Source: a virus
Taxonomy: Duplodnaviria; Heunggongvirae; Uroviricota; Caudoviricetes
Strand: one strand, 5' to 3'
DNA: 64,000 nucleotides
IMG/VR virus record: IMGVR_UViG_3300047323_000678
This document shows positions 17,917 to 28,120 of this stretch, piece after piece. The position numbers were made by a program, and so were the translations under genes. The notes beneath the pieces were generated by a model that saw only the letters and a list, made by a program, of their open reading frames with translations, was not told the DNA's origin and made no database searches. Numbering within the stretch: position 1 is the first letter of the stretch; each line of letters opens with the position of its first letter.

Positions 17917-18630
17917 TTAAATTTTAAGTCGTTTTTTAGAGCGATTAGGTTCTTTTTCTTCATTAATTGATAAATTTGTGACTAGATCATTTTTCAATAA
18001 ATTATTGTCCAAAAATGGTTTTGAATCCTGTGTTAACTTTACTCTTATATGATGTGGATTAAATCCTACATCTTTAAGGAAATAATATTGCGGATTAATT
18101 TTAAAATTCAAATGCTCTTGAGACAAAAAGAACTTAACTACAGGATCATTAGAAGATTTGGCAGCTAAATCAAATTCATTAAGCATGGCTTCATTACCTA
18201 TCGTTTCACAAATATGAGGATATGAAGTCAAAAGAATAATATTATCTATATGCCCAAATTTACAAGATAAAGAAAATCCGCGTTTGTAAGGTGGATTAAA
18301 TTTAATAGCTGTAGCATGATGAATTAAAACTTTTAAACTTTTAAATAAATTGTTTTTACAAGCATGAAGAAAAAAATCATTTAATTGTGAATACGGATTA
18401 GGTTTAATATTTTCATATGGCATCAAATAATCAACAATTTCATGGTGATCATTATTTAATGCTTGCATGAGTCCGTTATAACCATATTCATGCAAATTTA
18501 CATTATGTTTGAGGCTTTTGTCATGCATAAAATATTTTACAAAATCTAACCTCCCCCTTATACAAGCTTCAATAAATATATCTTCAACCTCTCCTTGGGA
18601 GTAATCATCTTCATTTATAATATTTTTCAT
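17917..18630 (-). CDS. ankyrin repeat protein with C-terminal basic tail
   Basis: ACIRGRLDFVKYF, ALNNDHHEIVDYL, SCKFGHIDNII repeats; ends KKRLKI. Confidence 0.75.
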   Translation of the reverse strand: MKNIINEDDYSQGEVEDIFIEACIRGRLDFVKYFMHDKSLKHNVNLHEYGYNGLMQALNNDHHEIVDYLMPYENIKPNPYSQLNDFFLHACKNNLFKSLKVLIHHATAIKFNPPYKRGFSLSCKFGHIDNIILLTSYPHICETIGNEAMLNEFDLAAKSSNDPVVKFFLSQEHLNFKINPQYYFLKDVGFNPHHIRVKLTQDSKPFLDNNLLKNDLVTNLSINEEKEPNRSKKRLKI

Positions 18631-18814
18631 ACTTAGATGTAATAATAGTTGTCTATATTCATTTTATTTAATTTTAAGTAGAAATCCAAATTTATATATA
18701 TTTTTAAATGTATTTTATGGCTGAACACAGTAGAAAAATATATAAAACATTTTAAAAAATCACGCTATAATCATTACATAAATCAGGAACACATATATTA
18801 AAGTGTTTTAAAAC

Positions 18815-18909
18815 TGTCGGGAATTTTTACAGTAGTTAAGAAGTGAAAACCGACAGTATATGTAAGTCATTGATTGGATTGGTTTTCTTGTGGTTGGCAC
18901 GAATTTTGC
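18815..18909 (+). promoter_or_regulatory. sigma54 promoter with enhancer and IHF site
   Basis: TGTCG-N6-TTTACA 18815-18831; IHF-like TAAGTCATTGATT 18863-18875; TGGCAC-N5-TTGC 18895-18909. Confidence 0.8.
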
Positions 18910-18970
18910 TACATATCTAGTGTTTCGTAAAATTTAAATTTTCTTCTTAATCCAAAACTTGGAGGTTCTA

Positions 18971-19651
18971 ATGGTTACTAAATTCAAAACTCTGCTGGCT
19001 ACTGCAATGATCGCTTTCTCCTTCTCGGCTCAAGCGGGTATTATTTTGACCCAAGGTACTGCGGTTACTGATCCTTCGCATACTGAAAACTTTGAAAGTG
19101 GTACTGCGGGTAATAACATCACTGACCAATTTTCTGCCAATGGTCTGACTTTCAAAACTTTGGGCGATGCAGGTATTGCTTTGGTTGGTAGCAATGTCTG
19201 CCCCAATACCAATGGGGTATCAGGTAAATATCTTGCAATGGGTATGCGGTACCCATGCACTCAAAATACTGCACTGAATGCAGTTTCGATGATGTTTGAT
19301 GGTGATGTTGAAGCACTGTCTTGGACTGGTTTCAGCCGCACTATTGGTAATGGCTTTAAAGTTGAGTTTTGGAAAGATGGTCAAATGCTTGATAGTAATA
19401 GCACCTTTTATGACAGCTTCAATAAGTTTGAAAACAAAACTGTCCTCGTAAGTGGTGGGGTTTTCGATGAAATCCGTTTTATCGAAGCGAGTGGTTTCCA
19501 AGGTTTCTTTACTATTGACAACATGGCATGGAAAATGGCTCCTGTTGTAGTTGAACCGCCTGTTTCGGATGTTCCTGAGCCTAGCATTGCTCTGCTGTTC
19601 GGTGCAGGTATGATTGGTATGGGCTTCATGCGCAAGAAAAAGGCAGTTTAA
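18971..19651 (+). CDS. PEP-CTERM exosortase substrate protein
   Basis: GGAGG RBS, signal peptide ...SAQA, C-terminal VPEPS-TM-RKKK. Confidence 0.92.
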   Translation: MVTKFKTLLATAMIAFSFSAQAGIILTQGTAVTDPSHTENFESGTAGNNITDQFSANGLTFKTLGDAGIALVGSNVCPNTNGVSGKYLAMGMRYPCTQNTALNAVSMMFDGDVEALSWTGFSRTIGNGFKVEFWKDGQMLDSNSTFYDSFNKFENKTVLVSGGVFDEIRFIEASGFQGFFTIDNMAWKMAPVVVEPPVSDVPEPSIALLFGAGMIGMGFMRKKKAV

Positions 19652-19668
19652 ATTGGCAATAATCTGAG

Positions 19669-19697
19669 AAAACCTAGCCAAGAGGCTAGGTTTTTTT
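19669..19697 (+). terminator. intrinsic terminator
   Basis: AAACCTAGCC-AAGA-GGCTAGGTTTTTTT. Confidence 0.85.
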
Positions 19698-19741
19698 GTA
19701 TTTAAAATTTGGAAAAATGATTTTCTACCGAAAATTTTAAT

Positions 19742-19835
19742 TGTCGATATTCTTTACATCAACAATGTAAATATAGAAATAGAATATATAAGTGATTGAT
19801 TTCATTATAAATACTGTACTTGGCACAGTATTTGC
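19742..19835 (+). promoter_or_regulatory. sigma54 promoter with enhancer and IHF site
   Basis: TGTCG-N6-TTTACA 19742-19758; TAAGTGATTGATT 19789-19801; TGGCAC-N5-TTGC 19821-19835. Confidence 0.8.
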
Positions 19836-19891
19836 TCTATAATAAATACAATTTAAAGTAGTTTCTATCAATGTTCAAAAGAGGGGATTCC

Positions 19892-20575
19892 ATGATGACT
19901 AAATTTAAAGCACTGATTAGTGCAGCATTGTTTGCTGTTTCTTTCTCGGCTCAAGCCAATATTATTCTTAATGGTGATAAAGGACTAACCAATACCAATC
20001 ATTTTGAAAATTTTGATAATGGTTCTGTAGGAAATAATGTATCAGAACAATTTGCAAGTAATGGAATTAATTTTGATACTTGGGGCAAATCGGGTATTAC
20101 TTTGACTACCAATAGTGTCTGCAACAATGCTGATGGTGGCATGTCAAATCAATACCTCATGATGGGTATGGCTTATCCATGTGCTAAAGACAATAAAAAA
20201 GTCAGTATGGTGTCACTGATGTTTTCAGAAAATGTTTCGGAACTGTCTTGGTTAGGCTTTAATCGTGCGATTGGCAAAGGTTTTACTATTCAGGCTCTTT
20301 ATGATGGCATGATTGTTTCAGAGCTTGATTTTGATAATAAAAATCAATTTGAAAACAAGTATGTAAACATCTCAGGTGATATTTTCAACGAACTACGCTT
20401 CATTGAAAACGGCAACTGGACTGGTTCGTTTGGTATTGATAACATGGCTTGGAATGTAACTACAGCAGTTCCAAGTGGTGAAGTTCCATTGCCTGGCTCT
20501 GTAGCCTTGATGGGCATTGGTATGCTTGGATTAGGTTTCATGCGTAAAAGGTCTAATCAGGTTAATCGTAACTGA
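19892..20575 (+). CDS. PEP-CTERM (VPLP variant) protein, paralog of previous
   Basis: Signal peptide ...SAQA, C-terminal VPLPGS-TM-RKR; shares ENF, RFIE and IDNMAW motifs with 18971 ORF. Confidence 0.9.
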   Translation: MMTKFKALISAALFAVSFSAQANIILNGDKGLTNTNHFENFDNGSVGNNVSEQFASNGINFDTWGKSGITLTTNSVCNNADGGMSNQYLMMGMAYPCAKDNKKVSMVSLMFSENVSELSWLGFNRAIGKGFTIQALYDGMIVSELDFDNKNQFENKYVNISGDIFNELRFIENGNWTGSFGIDNMAWNVTTAVPSGEVPLPGSVALMGIGMLGLGFMRKRSNQVNRN

Positions 20576-20581
20576 ATCAAG

Positions 20582-20610
20582 AAAACCTAGTCTTTTGGCT
20601 AGGTTTTTTT
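20582..20610 (+). terminator. intrinsic terminator
   Basis: AAAACCTAGTC-TTTT-GGCTAGGTTTTTTT, near copy of the 19669 terminator. Confidence 0.8.
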
Positions 20611-20666
20611 ATTTGTAGAAAACAAAAAAGCACCCTAAGGTGCTTAGTAAATTTTAGAGTAGACAA

Positions 20667-20864
20667 TCATCCATCAGAGTTATTGTAAGCTTCCTCATAT
20701 TCACCTTGTTGGAATGATTCATTTTGAAATTGATTAACCATATCAACAGCTTCTTGTTCAGTTTTGCCTGATGCAATCAATGCTTTGACAAATTCTGTGC
20801 CAAGATATTTTAAAATTTTAGTATCGGAGTCCCAATAGGTCTTAAAACGGAAATCATATAACAT
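20667..20864 (-). CDS. hypothetical protein
   Basis: 65 aa, AGGAG RBS, flanked by hairpins. Confidence 0.65.
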   Translation of the reverse strand: MLYDFRFKTYWDSDTKILKYLGTEFVKALIASGKTEQEAVDMVNQFQNESFQQGEYEEAYNNSDG

Positions 20865-20947
20865 GATGAAACTCCTATAGATTAATTAAAGAAGTATATC
20901 ATAAAAAAATCCCTCCGAAGAGGGAATTTAAAAGAACTATAAAATAA

Positions 20948-23158
20948 TTACAATTTTACTTTTTTAGCTTTAGTTGTTACATTTGGCTTATCTAATTCTG
21001 TATGAAGATCAGTATAAAATAAATGCTCTTTCAAATGTTCTTCGTATTTACTTTTTACACCTTGATTTTCAAAGAATTTAGTGACAAAAGATGGAATATC
21101 TTGATGAGGAAAAAAGTTTCTATCCATTAGTTTTGCAAATCCTAATGCAAATTTGGCATTAGTAAATAATTCTTGTGGAATATCTTTAATATCCTCTTTA
21201 TTTTTAGTTAAGCATAAAAGTGCAATATCACAATTATATGCAACAGAAGAATCTAATTTACTGTATGGAAGCTTACCTAATTCTAGAAGTTTATAAACTA
21301 TTGATTTTTCTTTTTTAAGATGACTAGGTAATGATTCATAAAATAGTCCAGATAAAAATTTATAATTATTAAATCCATGCTCTTTAACTTTTTCAAAAAT
21401 TTCAAACACCTCTTGAACAGTAGTTATTTCGCTTAAAGATTTCTTTTTAAACTCTGTACTTCTAGAACCATAATCATCTTTTTGATAAAACAAAAATTCA
21501 GGTTTATGGTATTTTTCCTTAAGTTTATTTAAATCGTCACCTGTAACTCTTAATTCATAATAGAAGTCATCAATAGCTCGCTTTTCAATAAGAAAAATAA
21601 GTTTTATACGCTCAATTTTTGGATCATGATCTAAGTATAATAAAGGAAGCATTGCTTTTTCAGATATATAACTTGGGCTTAATCCCCCTTCTAGTGCAGC
21701 AACAGTAATATCGTTATCATAAGCATACTTGTTTAATTTATCATATTTTTGTCCATTAATTGAATCTAAAAATGATTTATTAACTTTAGCCAAATTTTTA
21801 ACAAATTCTTTATCAATATCTTTGTCTTGATAAAAAGTAGAAATCCAATCAGCTAATTTCCATGAACTCATATTTTTAGCACATGACAAAAGGAATTGTT
21901 TGTCTTTTAAAATTGGAAAATCACCTTTATAACTTAAAGATCTTTTAACTTTTGCTGTATCAACATGTTCAATCACAGATGAAAGAACGAAAGGTTCATT
22001 AAATAAGGCTGACTCTAATCCAAAAATAATATCTTCATTAACACTAACATAACCATTATCATGTTTCTTTAATGCTAGTTGAATACATTTTTTAGCAATA
22101 TCATGATTTAAGCGTTTATCTTTATCCAGAAACCTATAGGCAGAAGCTAAGGTAAACTGATTTGAAGCATTTCTAAATATATCGTCATTAGTAAAATTCT
22201 GATTAAGTAAATAATCAATAGTTTCTGGTTGATTAAAAAGGTATTCAAAATCAATTGTGTTTAGTAGCCTTTTGCTTATTTTAGATGCATCCTCATTATC
22301 ATATTTTCTTTTGTAATCTCCAAAAGAATTAAATAATTGTTCTAATAAATCAAAATGCCTATTTTTAACTTGCTCCAATAGTTTTTCTTTGAATATAGGT
22401 TGAGAATAATCAATAGAATAAATATCTGGATTGTTTTCATTGTAACGCTTAATAAAAAATTCATTTAATGAGTGTGAATTTAAATCCATAAGAGCTAATT
22501 TAAACTCATCTGAGTGAGCAAATTCAGGATTAATCTTATCTAATAAATTTTTGAATAATTTATCATAGTTATCATCAGAAGATTTTCTTCTTACATCAAA
22601 TATTTCAGATACTTTTTCTAATACATAATTTAAATCTCCATACATATCTGAATTTAATTGTTGCCAGGTTACTTGTCCTCTAGTTTTTTTAATTTTTTCA
22701 GGATTTTCACTTAAGGCAGATGCAGCAGTAGAGTAATGCATATCTTCAGCATCAATAATATTTAGTTCTTCAGATAAAGGAGATAAGTTATTGCCTTTAA
22801 TTAGTAATAAATTATCGCCGTTTTCTGGTAATTGAATATAAGATTTTTCATCATTATTGTAAACATTCTTAATATATTCAAATAGACCTTTTCCTGATTC
22901 AAAAATAGATGGACTACCCAAATCTAAATGAATTAGATTTGATTCATTCCCAGCATTAATAATATAAAGTGCTAAATTTTTGTGAAGATCTTTCTCAAAA
23001 TCTCCAGTAATAGCAAATACATGATGTTTTTTTGGATTTTCTATATATTTCTTTAAATCTTCAAAATTTATTTTTACTTTTTGATTATTATAAATAACAT
23101 CATCCTTAGTTGGATCAACTAATTTTAAAAGCTCACTTGTTAATATTTCTGTTTTCAT
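20948..23158 (-). CDS. large hypothetical protein with DUF4116-like repeats and basic tail
   Basis: 736 aa; paralog of 23179 ORF (MKTEI, DLHKNLALYIIN, GQVTWQ, IPSFxTKFFENQ); ends KKVKL. Confidence 0.75.
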   Translation of the reverse strand: MKTEILTSELLKLVDPTKDDVIYNNQKVKINFEDLKKYIENPKKHHVFAITGDFEKDLHKNLALYIINAGNESNLIHLDLGSPSIFESGKGLFEYIKNVYNNDEKSYIQLPENGDNLLLIKGNNLSPLSEELNIIDAEDMHYSTAASALSENPEKIKKTRGQVTWQQLNSDMYGDLNYVLEKVSEIFDVRRKSSDDNYDKLFKNLLDKINPEFAHSDEFKLALMDLNSHSLNEFFIKRYNENNPDIYSIDYSQPIFKEKLLEQVKNRHFDLLEQLFNSFGDYKRKYDNEDASKISKRLLNTIDFEYLFNQPETIDYLLNQNFTNDDIFRNASNQFTLASAYRFLDKDKRLNHDIAKKCIQLALKKHDNGYVSVNEDIIFGLESALFNEPFVLSSVIEHVDTAKVKRSLSYKGDFPILKDKQFLLSCAKNMSSWKLADWISTFYQDKDIDKEFVKNLAKVNKSFLDSINGQKYDKLNKYAYDNDITVAALEGGLSPSYISEKAMLPLLYLDHDPKIERIKLIFLIEKRAIDDFYYELRVTGDDLNKLKEKYHKPEFLFYQKDDYGSRSTEFKKKSLSEITTVQEVFEIFEKVKEHGFNNYKFLSGLFYESLPSHLKKEKSIVYKLLELGKLPYSKLDSSVAYNCDIALLCLTKNKEDIKDIPQELFTNAKFALGFAKLMDRNFFPHQDIPSFVTKFFENQGVKSKYEEHLKEHLFYTDLHTELDKPNVTTKAKKVKL

Positions 23159-23178
23159 ATTTCCTCAATATTTTTTTA

Positions 23179-25428
23179 TTATAATTTTATGCGTTTATTT
23201 TTAACTTGAGTAGGGGCATCTAAATCACCTTGCATTTCTTTATAAGATAAATGCATTTTTAAATAATTTTGATAATCACTAGTAACTTCTTGATTTTCAA
23301 AAAATTTAGTAATAAAGCTAGGTATGTCTTTCTCTTCAAATAAATGTTGATCCATTAATCCTGCAAATTTAATTGCAAAATTAGAGCTACTAAAGAATTC
23401 TTGTGGAATCTTTTTTAAATCTTCAGGTGAACTCGCTAAACATTTAATAACGATATCAGTGTTATATGCTAAATTTTCATCTAAAGATGAATAACTAATA
23501 GGACCCATCTCTAAAATACGAGTAATAATTTGTTTATCTTTTCTAAGAGGCTTATGTAATGAATTATAGAAAAAATTAGCATTAAAGTTATAATCAAAAG
23601 AATTGCTATCTATATTATTCAATATTTCTAAAATATTTTCAGCTTTTTTAAATTTTGCTAATAGCTTGCTTGCATGATCATATTCAGAATACCAATCATC
23701 AACTTTATAAAACATATATTCTACTTTTTCATATTTCTCTTTAACTTTTTCAACTTCTTCAGGGCTGTATCCCATATGTTTAAATCTACTTACAATATCT
23801 ATAATATCCCGGTTTTCAATAAAGTATCTAATTTTTAAATCCTCATATTTTTTTTCATGATCTTCTAATAGTAAGTCATACATAATGTGAGAGCTAATAT
23901 TTTTTAAAATTGTTCCCCCTTTTATTGCAATTGAAATTATTTCCATATTTTTTGCAAATTCTGGCCAATTTTCACTTAAAGAATTATAAAACCCTGGTTT
24001 ATTAGCTATAAGCTCTTTAAAAAAATCTTTAGTTAACATACTTTTATCTAAAAAATTTTTAATCCAAGATTTTAATTTATAACCATTTACACCATGATTA
24101 GATAATATAAATTCTTTATCAGCTAAAACTGTCGGTTTTATTTGATTTTGTTTCAAAAATTTTTTCAATTCTTCAAAATCCACAGCATCTATAATATTAC
24201 TTAAGAATTCTTTTTCATTAAATAATTCAGGTGGTAATTTAAATAATTTAGTTCTATTAATACTTCTTGAATCTCTTCCATTTGAATCTGTAATCAATCG
24301 TAAATATTTTTTAATTATTTCAGAGTTATTTTTATTTGTTTCATTAAGTAAACCATAAACTGAAACAACATCAAAATCAGTATCTTTACGAGAATAACTA
24401 GAATTATATTTATCAATCAAATGCTTGACTGTTTCAGGTTGATTAATAAGTAATTCAAAATTTATATTAGAAGTTGGTTTTGCAGAATTACCACGATATG
24501 ATGTCGTTTGTTCATACATGCTAAGTTCAGATAAATAAGGTGCAATTAATTTTTCTAATAAAGTAAAATTATCAGTTTTTATTAACTGCATTAATTTATC
24601 TTGAAATATGTCCTCAGAAAAATCAATATAAAATAATCTTTGAGTTTTTTCTTTAGCATAAAATCTATTAACCAAATCGCTATTAATAGATTTTTTATTC
24701 ATATCAATAAGTGCCAATTTGAAACTATCAGAATTAAGGACTTTAGCATCAGCCATTGCAATAATTTTATTAAAATCATCCTTAAATGAATCAACTGAGT
24801 TAGTTGAATATCTAGATTGTCTTGAATACTCTGCATCTGAACCTGCAATATTTTTAATTTTTTCTAATACATAATCCAAGTTAGCATAGTTGTTGTAATT
24901 ATCTTCTTGCCATGTAACTTGACCTTGATTAGTCAATTTATCATTTTTTAAAGTATTAAGATCAATTTTGGTCATATCTGAAAACAAAGAGCCGATACTT
25001 GCATAATGAGTATCAATAGCACTATTAATTGCACCAGAATTTGAAAGAGGTTCTAGTTTTTTACTTTTAATTAAAAGAAGATTATCTCCTACTTCATCAA
25101 GATTAATGTAGCAGGTTTTATTTTTGTTATATATGCATTTAATATATTCAAATAATCCTTTTCCTGGTTCAAATATATATTCATTATTTAAATCAATGTG
25201 AATAATATGCGAATCATCAGTAGAATTAATAATATAAAGAGCTAAATTTTTATGTAGATCATTTGTTAAATCACCATTGAGATTAAAAACCTCATTTTTC
25301 TTTGGCTGATCAACAAATTCTTTTAATTTTTTAAAATCAATTTGTACTTGCTGATTTTTATAACTTATTTCTTCTTTTATAGGATTGACAATCTTTAAGA
25401 GGTCACTTATAGAAATTTCTGTTTTCAT
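23179..25428 (-). CDS. large hypothetical protein, tandem paralog
   Basis: 749 aa; same motifs; ends KRIKL. Confidence 0.75.
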   Translation of the reverse strand: MKTEISISDLLKIVNPIKEEISYKNQQVQIDFKKLKEFVDQPKKNEVFNLNGDLTNDLHKNLALYIINSTDDSHIIHIDLNNEYIFEPGKGLFEYIKCIYNKNKTCYINLDEVGDNLLLIKSKKLEPLSNSGAINSAIDTHYASIGSLFSDMTKIDLNTLKNDKLTNQGQVTWQEDNYNNYANLDYVLEKIKNIAGSDAEYSRQSRYSTNSVDSFKDDFNKIIAMADAKVLNSDSFKLALIDMNKKSINSDLVNRFYAKEKTQRLFYIDFSEDIFQDKLMQLIKTDNFTLLEKLIAPYLSELSMYEQTTSYRGNSAKPTSNINFELLINQPETVKHLIDKYNSSYSRKDTDFDVVSVYGLLNETNKNNSEIIKKYLRLITDSNGRDSRSINRTKLFKLPPELFNEKEFLSNIIDAVDFEELKKFLKQNQIKPTVLADKEFILSNHGVNGYKLKSWIKNFLDKSMLTKDFFKELIANKPGFYNSLSENWPEFAKNMEIISIAIKGGTILKNISSHIMYDLLLEDHEKKYEDLKIRYFIENRDIIDIVSRFKHMGYSPEEVEKVKEKYEKVEYMFYKVDDWYSEYDHASKLLAKFKKAENILEILNNIDSNSFDYNFNANFFYNSLHKPLRKDKQIITRILEMGPISYSSLDENLAYNTDIVIKCLASSPEDLKKIPQEFFSSSNFAIKFAGLMDQHLFEEKDIPSFITKFFENQEVTSDYQNYLKMHLSYKEMQGDLDAPTQVKNKRIKL

Positions 25429-25466
25429 AATTAGTCATATTGTAATATAACTTTAATTATAGGAAA

Positions 25467-27071
25467 TTAATTTATACTTTTCCAATAATTAATGAAATCT
25501 TTTTCTAAAAGTGGTTTACTAAAGTAATAACCTTGGACTTGAATCTTACCCTTTTCTTGGAACCAATCTAATTGTTTTTTATTTTCAACACCTTCAACAA
25601 CAACATTTAATCCAAGATTTTGTGCTAAATTAATAATATTAGAAATAACAATACGATCTTTATTGTCACTAAGAACATCTTTGGTAAATGATCTATCAAT
25701 TTTTAATTCATTTAAATCAAATTTTCGTAAATAACTAAGTGAACTATATCCAGTTCCAAAATCATCAATAGAAATTTCAAAGCCACAATTAGATAACTCT
25801 TTTAAAATACTATGTGAGCCATCAATGTCTGTCATCATAGTGCTTTCTGTTATTTCAATAATAATTTGTTTTGGTGAAACATTATAGCTTCTTAAAATTT
25901 TTAAAAAATCACGAGCTAAATTAATATTACTTAATTGATGAACAGATAAATTGACTGCCATTTTTATTGATTCAGGGCTACTTTTATTCCAACCTGATAA
26001 TGTTTTAATTGCTTCTTCAAATACCCAATGACCTATTTTACGCATTATTCCAATATCTTCAGCTAAAGGAATAAAATCATTAGGAGAAATTTCTCCGATT
26101 TTTTCATTATGCCATCTTAATAATGCCTCTGCACCAATAAGTTTGAAATTGTTACCAATATGCTCAATTTTAGGTTGGAACATTAAATAAAATTCATTGT
26201 TATCTAAAGCATTAAGAAGTAAGCTTTCCATTAACTTTTTATACTTAATTTTTATACCCATTTCTTCAGAATAAAAAGCATAATTGTTTTTACCATTTAT
26301 TTTTGAATCATAAACTGCCAAATCACTATTTTTAAAAATTGCTTCAGCAGTTTCCCCATTAGAAGGATATTCTGCAATACCAATATTTAATGCAATAGTA
26401 TAAGTTTCTTTATTAATTAAAAAAGGTTCATTAATAATATTAATTATCTTCTGAGCAATAAACTCTATTTTTTCTTTACTATATTCATAATTTTCATTTG
26501 TGACAAAAACAGCAAATTCGTCACCACCAATTCTATAGATTAAATTAGTTTCTCCGTTAAGAACATCTGAAAGTCGAGAAGTAAAAGTCTTTAATACAAA
26601 ATCACCAGCACTATATCCAACAACTTCATTAATTCTTTTAAAACCACCCAGGTCTAAATTAAGTAAATATCCTTTTTGATTTGGATTTTGTTCAATATAG
26701 TTATTTAAATCTTCCCAAAATGCTTTCTTATTTAAAATATTTGTAAGAGGATCAATGTATACAAGATTATTGAATTCTTCATTAATATGGGTGAATGTAT
26801 TATTAGTTAAATGTTTTGTATACCATCTATGAATTAATAAAAGGGATATAATAAAAATACCTGAAAATATAAGCTCAAATAAATGAAATTCAGAATTAAC
26901 AAAGCTAGTTGTAAAATTTGAAGTTTTCGCTTTTAAGATAAAAGACTTATTAACTTTATATAGTAAAAAAGATGCAACAGAAAATGCTGAAAAAGGCAAT
27001 ATGACTTTAAATACGATTTTTAAAGAAAGTAGTTTTTTAAACTTATTTATTATATTGACTTTAAATAACAT
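25467..27071 (-). CDS. membrane-bound diguanylate cyclase/phosphodiesterase (GGDEF-EAL)
   Basis: 2 TM; DPLT, RIGGDEF; EALLRW, DDFGTGYSSL, EGVE, QGYYFSKP. Confidence 0.95.
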   Translation of the reverse strand: MLFKVNIINKFKKLLSLKIVFKVILPFSAFSVASFLLYKVNKSFILKAKTSNFTTSFVNSEFHLFELIFSGIFIISLLLIHRWYTKHLTNNTFTHINEEFNNLVYIDPLTNILNKKAFWEDLNNYIEQNPNQKGYLLNLDLGGFKRINEVVGYSAGDFVLKTFTSRLSDVLNGETNLIYRIGGDEFAVFVTNENYEYSKEKIEFIAQKIINIINEPFLINKETYTIALNIGIAEYPSNGETAEAIFKNSDLAVYDSKINGKNNYAFYSEEMGIKIKYKKLMESLLLNALDNNEFYLMFQPKIEHIGNNFKLIGAEALLRWHNEKIGEISPNDFIPLAEDIGIMRKIGHWVFEEAIKTLSGWNKSSPESIKMAVNLSVHQLSNINLARDFLKILRSYNVSPKQIIIEITESTMMTDIDGSHSILKELSNCGFEISIDDFGTGYSSLSYLRKFDLNELKIDRSFTKDVLSDNKDRIVISNIINLAQNLGLNVVVEGVENKKQLDWFQEKGKIQVQGYYFSKPLLEKDFINYWKSIN

Positions 27072-27178
27072 CGGAATCTCATACTTTGTTAGTAAAAAAA
27101 TACTATAACAAAATTATTAAAAAAAAAAAGGAAAAATCGAAAAAAAATTAAAAAAAATGTAATTTTACAAAAATTATT

Positions 27179-27517
27179 CTATTTTAGTGAAGAATTAGCT
27201 AAAAAAGCTGCTTTTAATTTTTTCAGTTGTCGTTCTTCACATCTAGCTTCAGAATATAAAAGATGAGATGCAATTAAATTACCTACAGAAGCAATAAGGA
27301 AAACAAAGAAAATTGAAGGATGATTTATAGCAGATTGATTTAAGAAAAATCCTAAAATTTGTCCTTGATTAAGTTTTATCTCTAATGCAAGGAAAAAAAG
27401 AAAAATCCCTAAAGAAGCTAATAAAACAGATTGAATTTTTATATCTTTAATATACTGGTCATCATTTTCATATTCAGATAATGATGATATATCTTCTAAA
27501 ATATTATTATCTTCCAT
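27179..27517 (-). CDS. hypothetical membrane protein
   Basis: 112 aa, two TM segments. Confidence 0.6.
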   Translation of the reverse strand: MEDNNILEDISSLSEYENDDQYIKDIKIQSVLLASLGIFLFFLALEIKLNQGQILGFFLNQSAINHPSIFFVFLIASVGNLIASHLLYSEARCEERQLKKLKAAFLANSSLK

Positions 27518-27683
27518 AGTTTAATATTAAAAAATTGTTTATTAGTAAATAATAATAAAATTCTAACAAACTAAATCTAAATTTCAAGTATGAAAAACAA
27601 TGATTTAAAAAGAAAAAACAATATTTGACAACAAGAAAAGAGTCTATTATTAATATCTACTAATTTTTTATCAAGGATATTAT

Positions 27684-28097
27684 ATGAAAAAGGTTTTAGC
27701 TTTATTAGTATTGGCTTCTTCCTCTGCGTTTGCACAGATAGCCGTTCCTATTAATTCTGCTGGTGGTGGTCAGGTTGATGTATTAAGTAATGGAGTAAGA
27801 GTTATTCACTCTATACCAGGGGTGGGAGCTTCTCCACAATTGAACTCGACAGTTCAAGTTTTATATGAGGGAAAATTTGTAGATGGAAGGGTGTTTGATA
27901 AATCTGCTCAGCCAATAGAATTTCCTCTGAATCGCGTAATTCCTTGCTGGACTACAGGTTTACAAAAAATGAAAGTAGGAGAAACTGCTAAATTAGAATG
28001 TCCTGCTGCTACTGCTTACGGTGCAAATGGTGCAGGAAACACAATTCCTCCTAATACACCATTAAATTTTACTGTTAAACTATTAAGTATAAAATAA
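27684..28097 (+). CDS. exported FKBP-type peptidyl-prolyl isomerase
   Basis: Signal peptide; YEGKFVDGRVFD, FPLNRVIPCW, AYG, IPPNTPLNF. Confidence 0.93.
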   Translation: MKKVLALLVLASSSAFAQIAVPINSAGGGQVDVLSNGVRVIHSIPGVGASPQLNSTVQVLYEGKFVDGRVFDKSAQPIEFPLNRVIPCWTTGLQKMKVGETAKLECPAATAYGANGAGNTIPPNTPLNFTVKLLSIK

Positions 28098-28120
28098 AAA
28101 AAGCCCTGAAGGGGCTTTTC

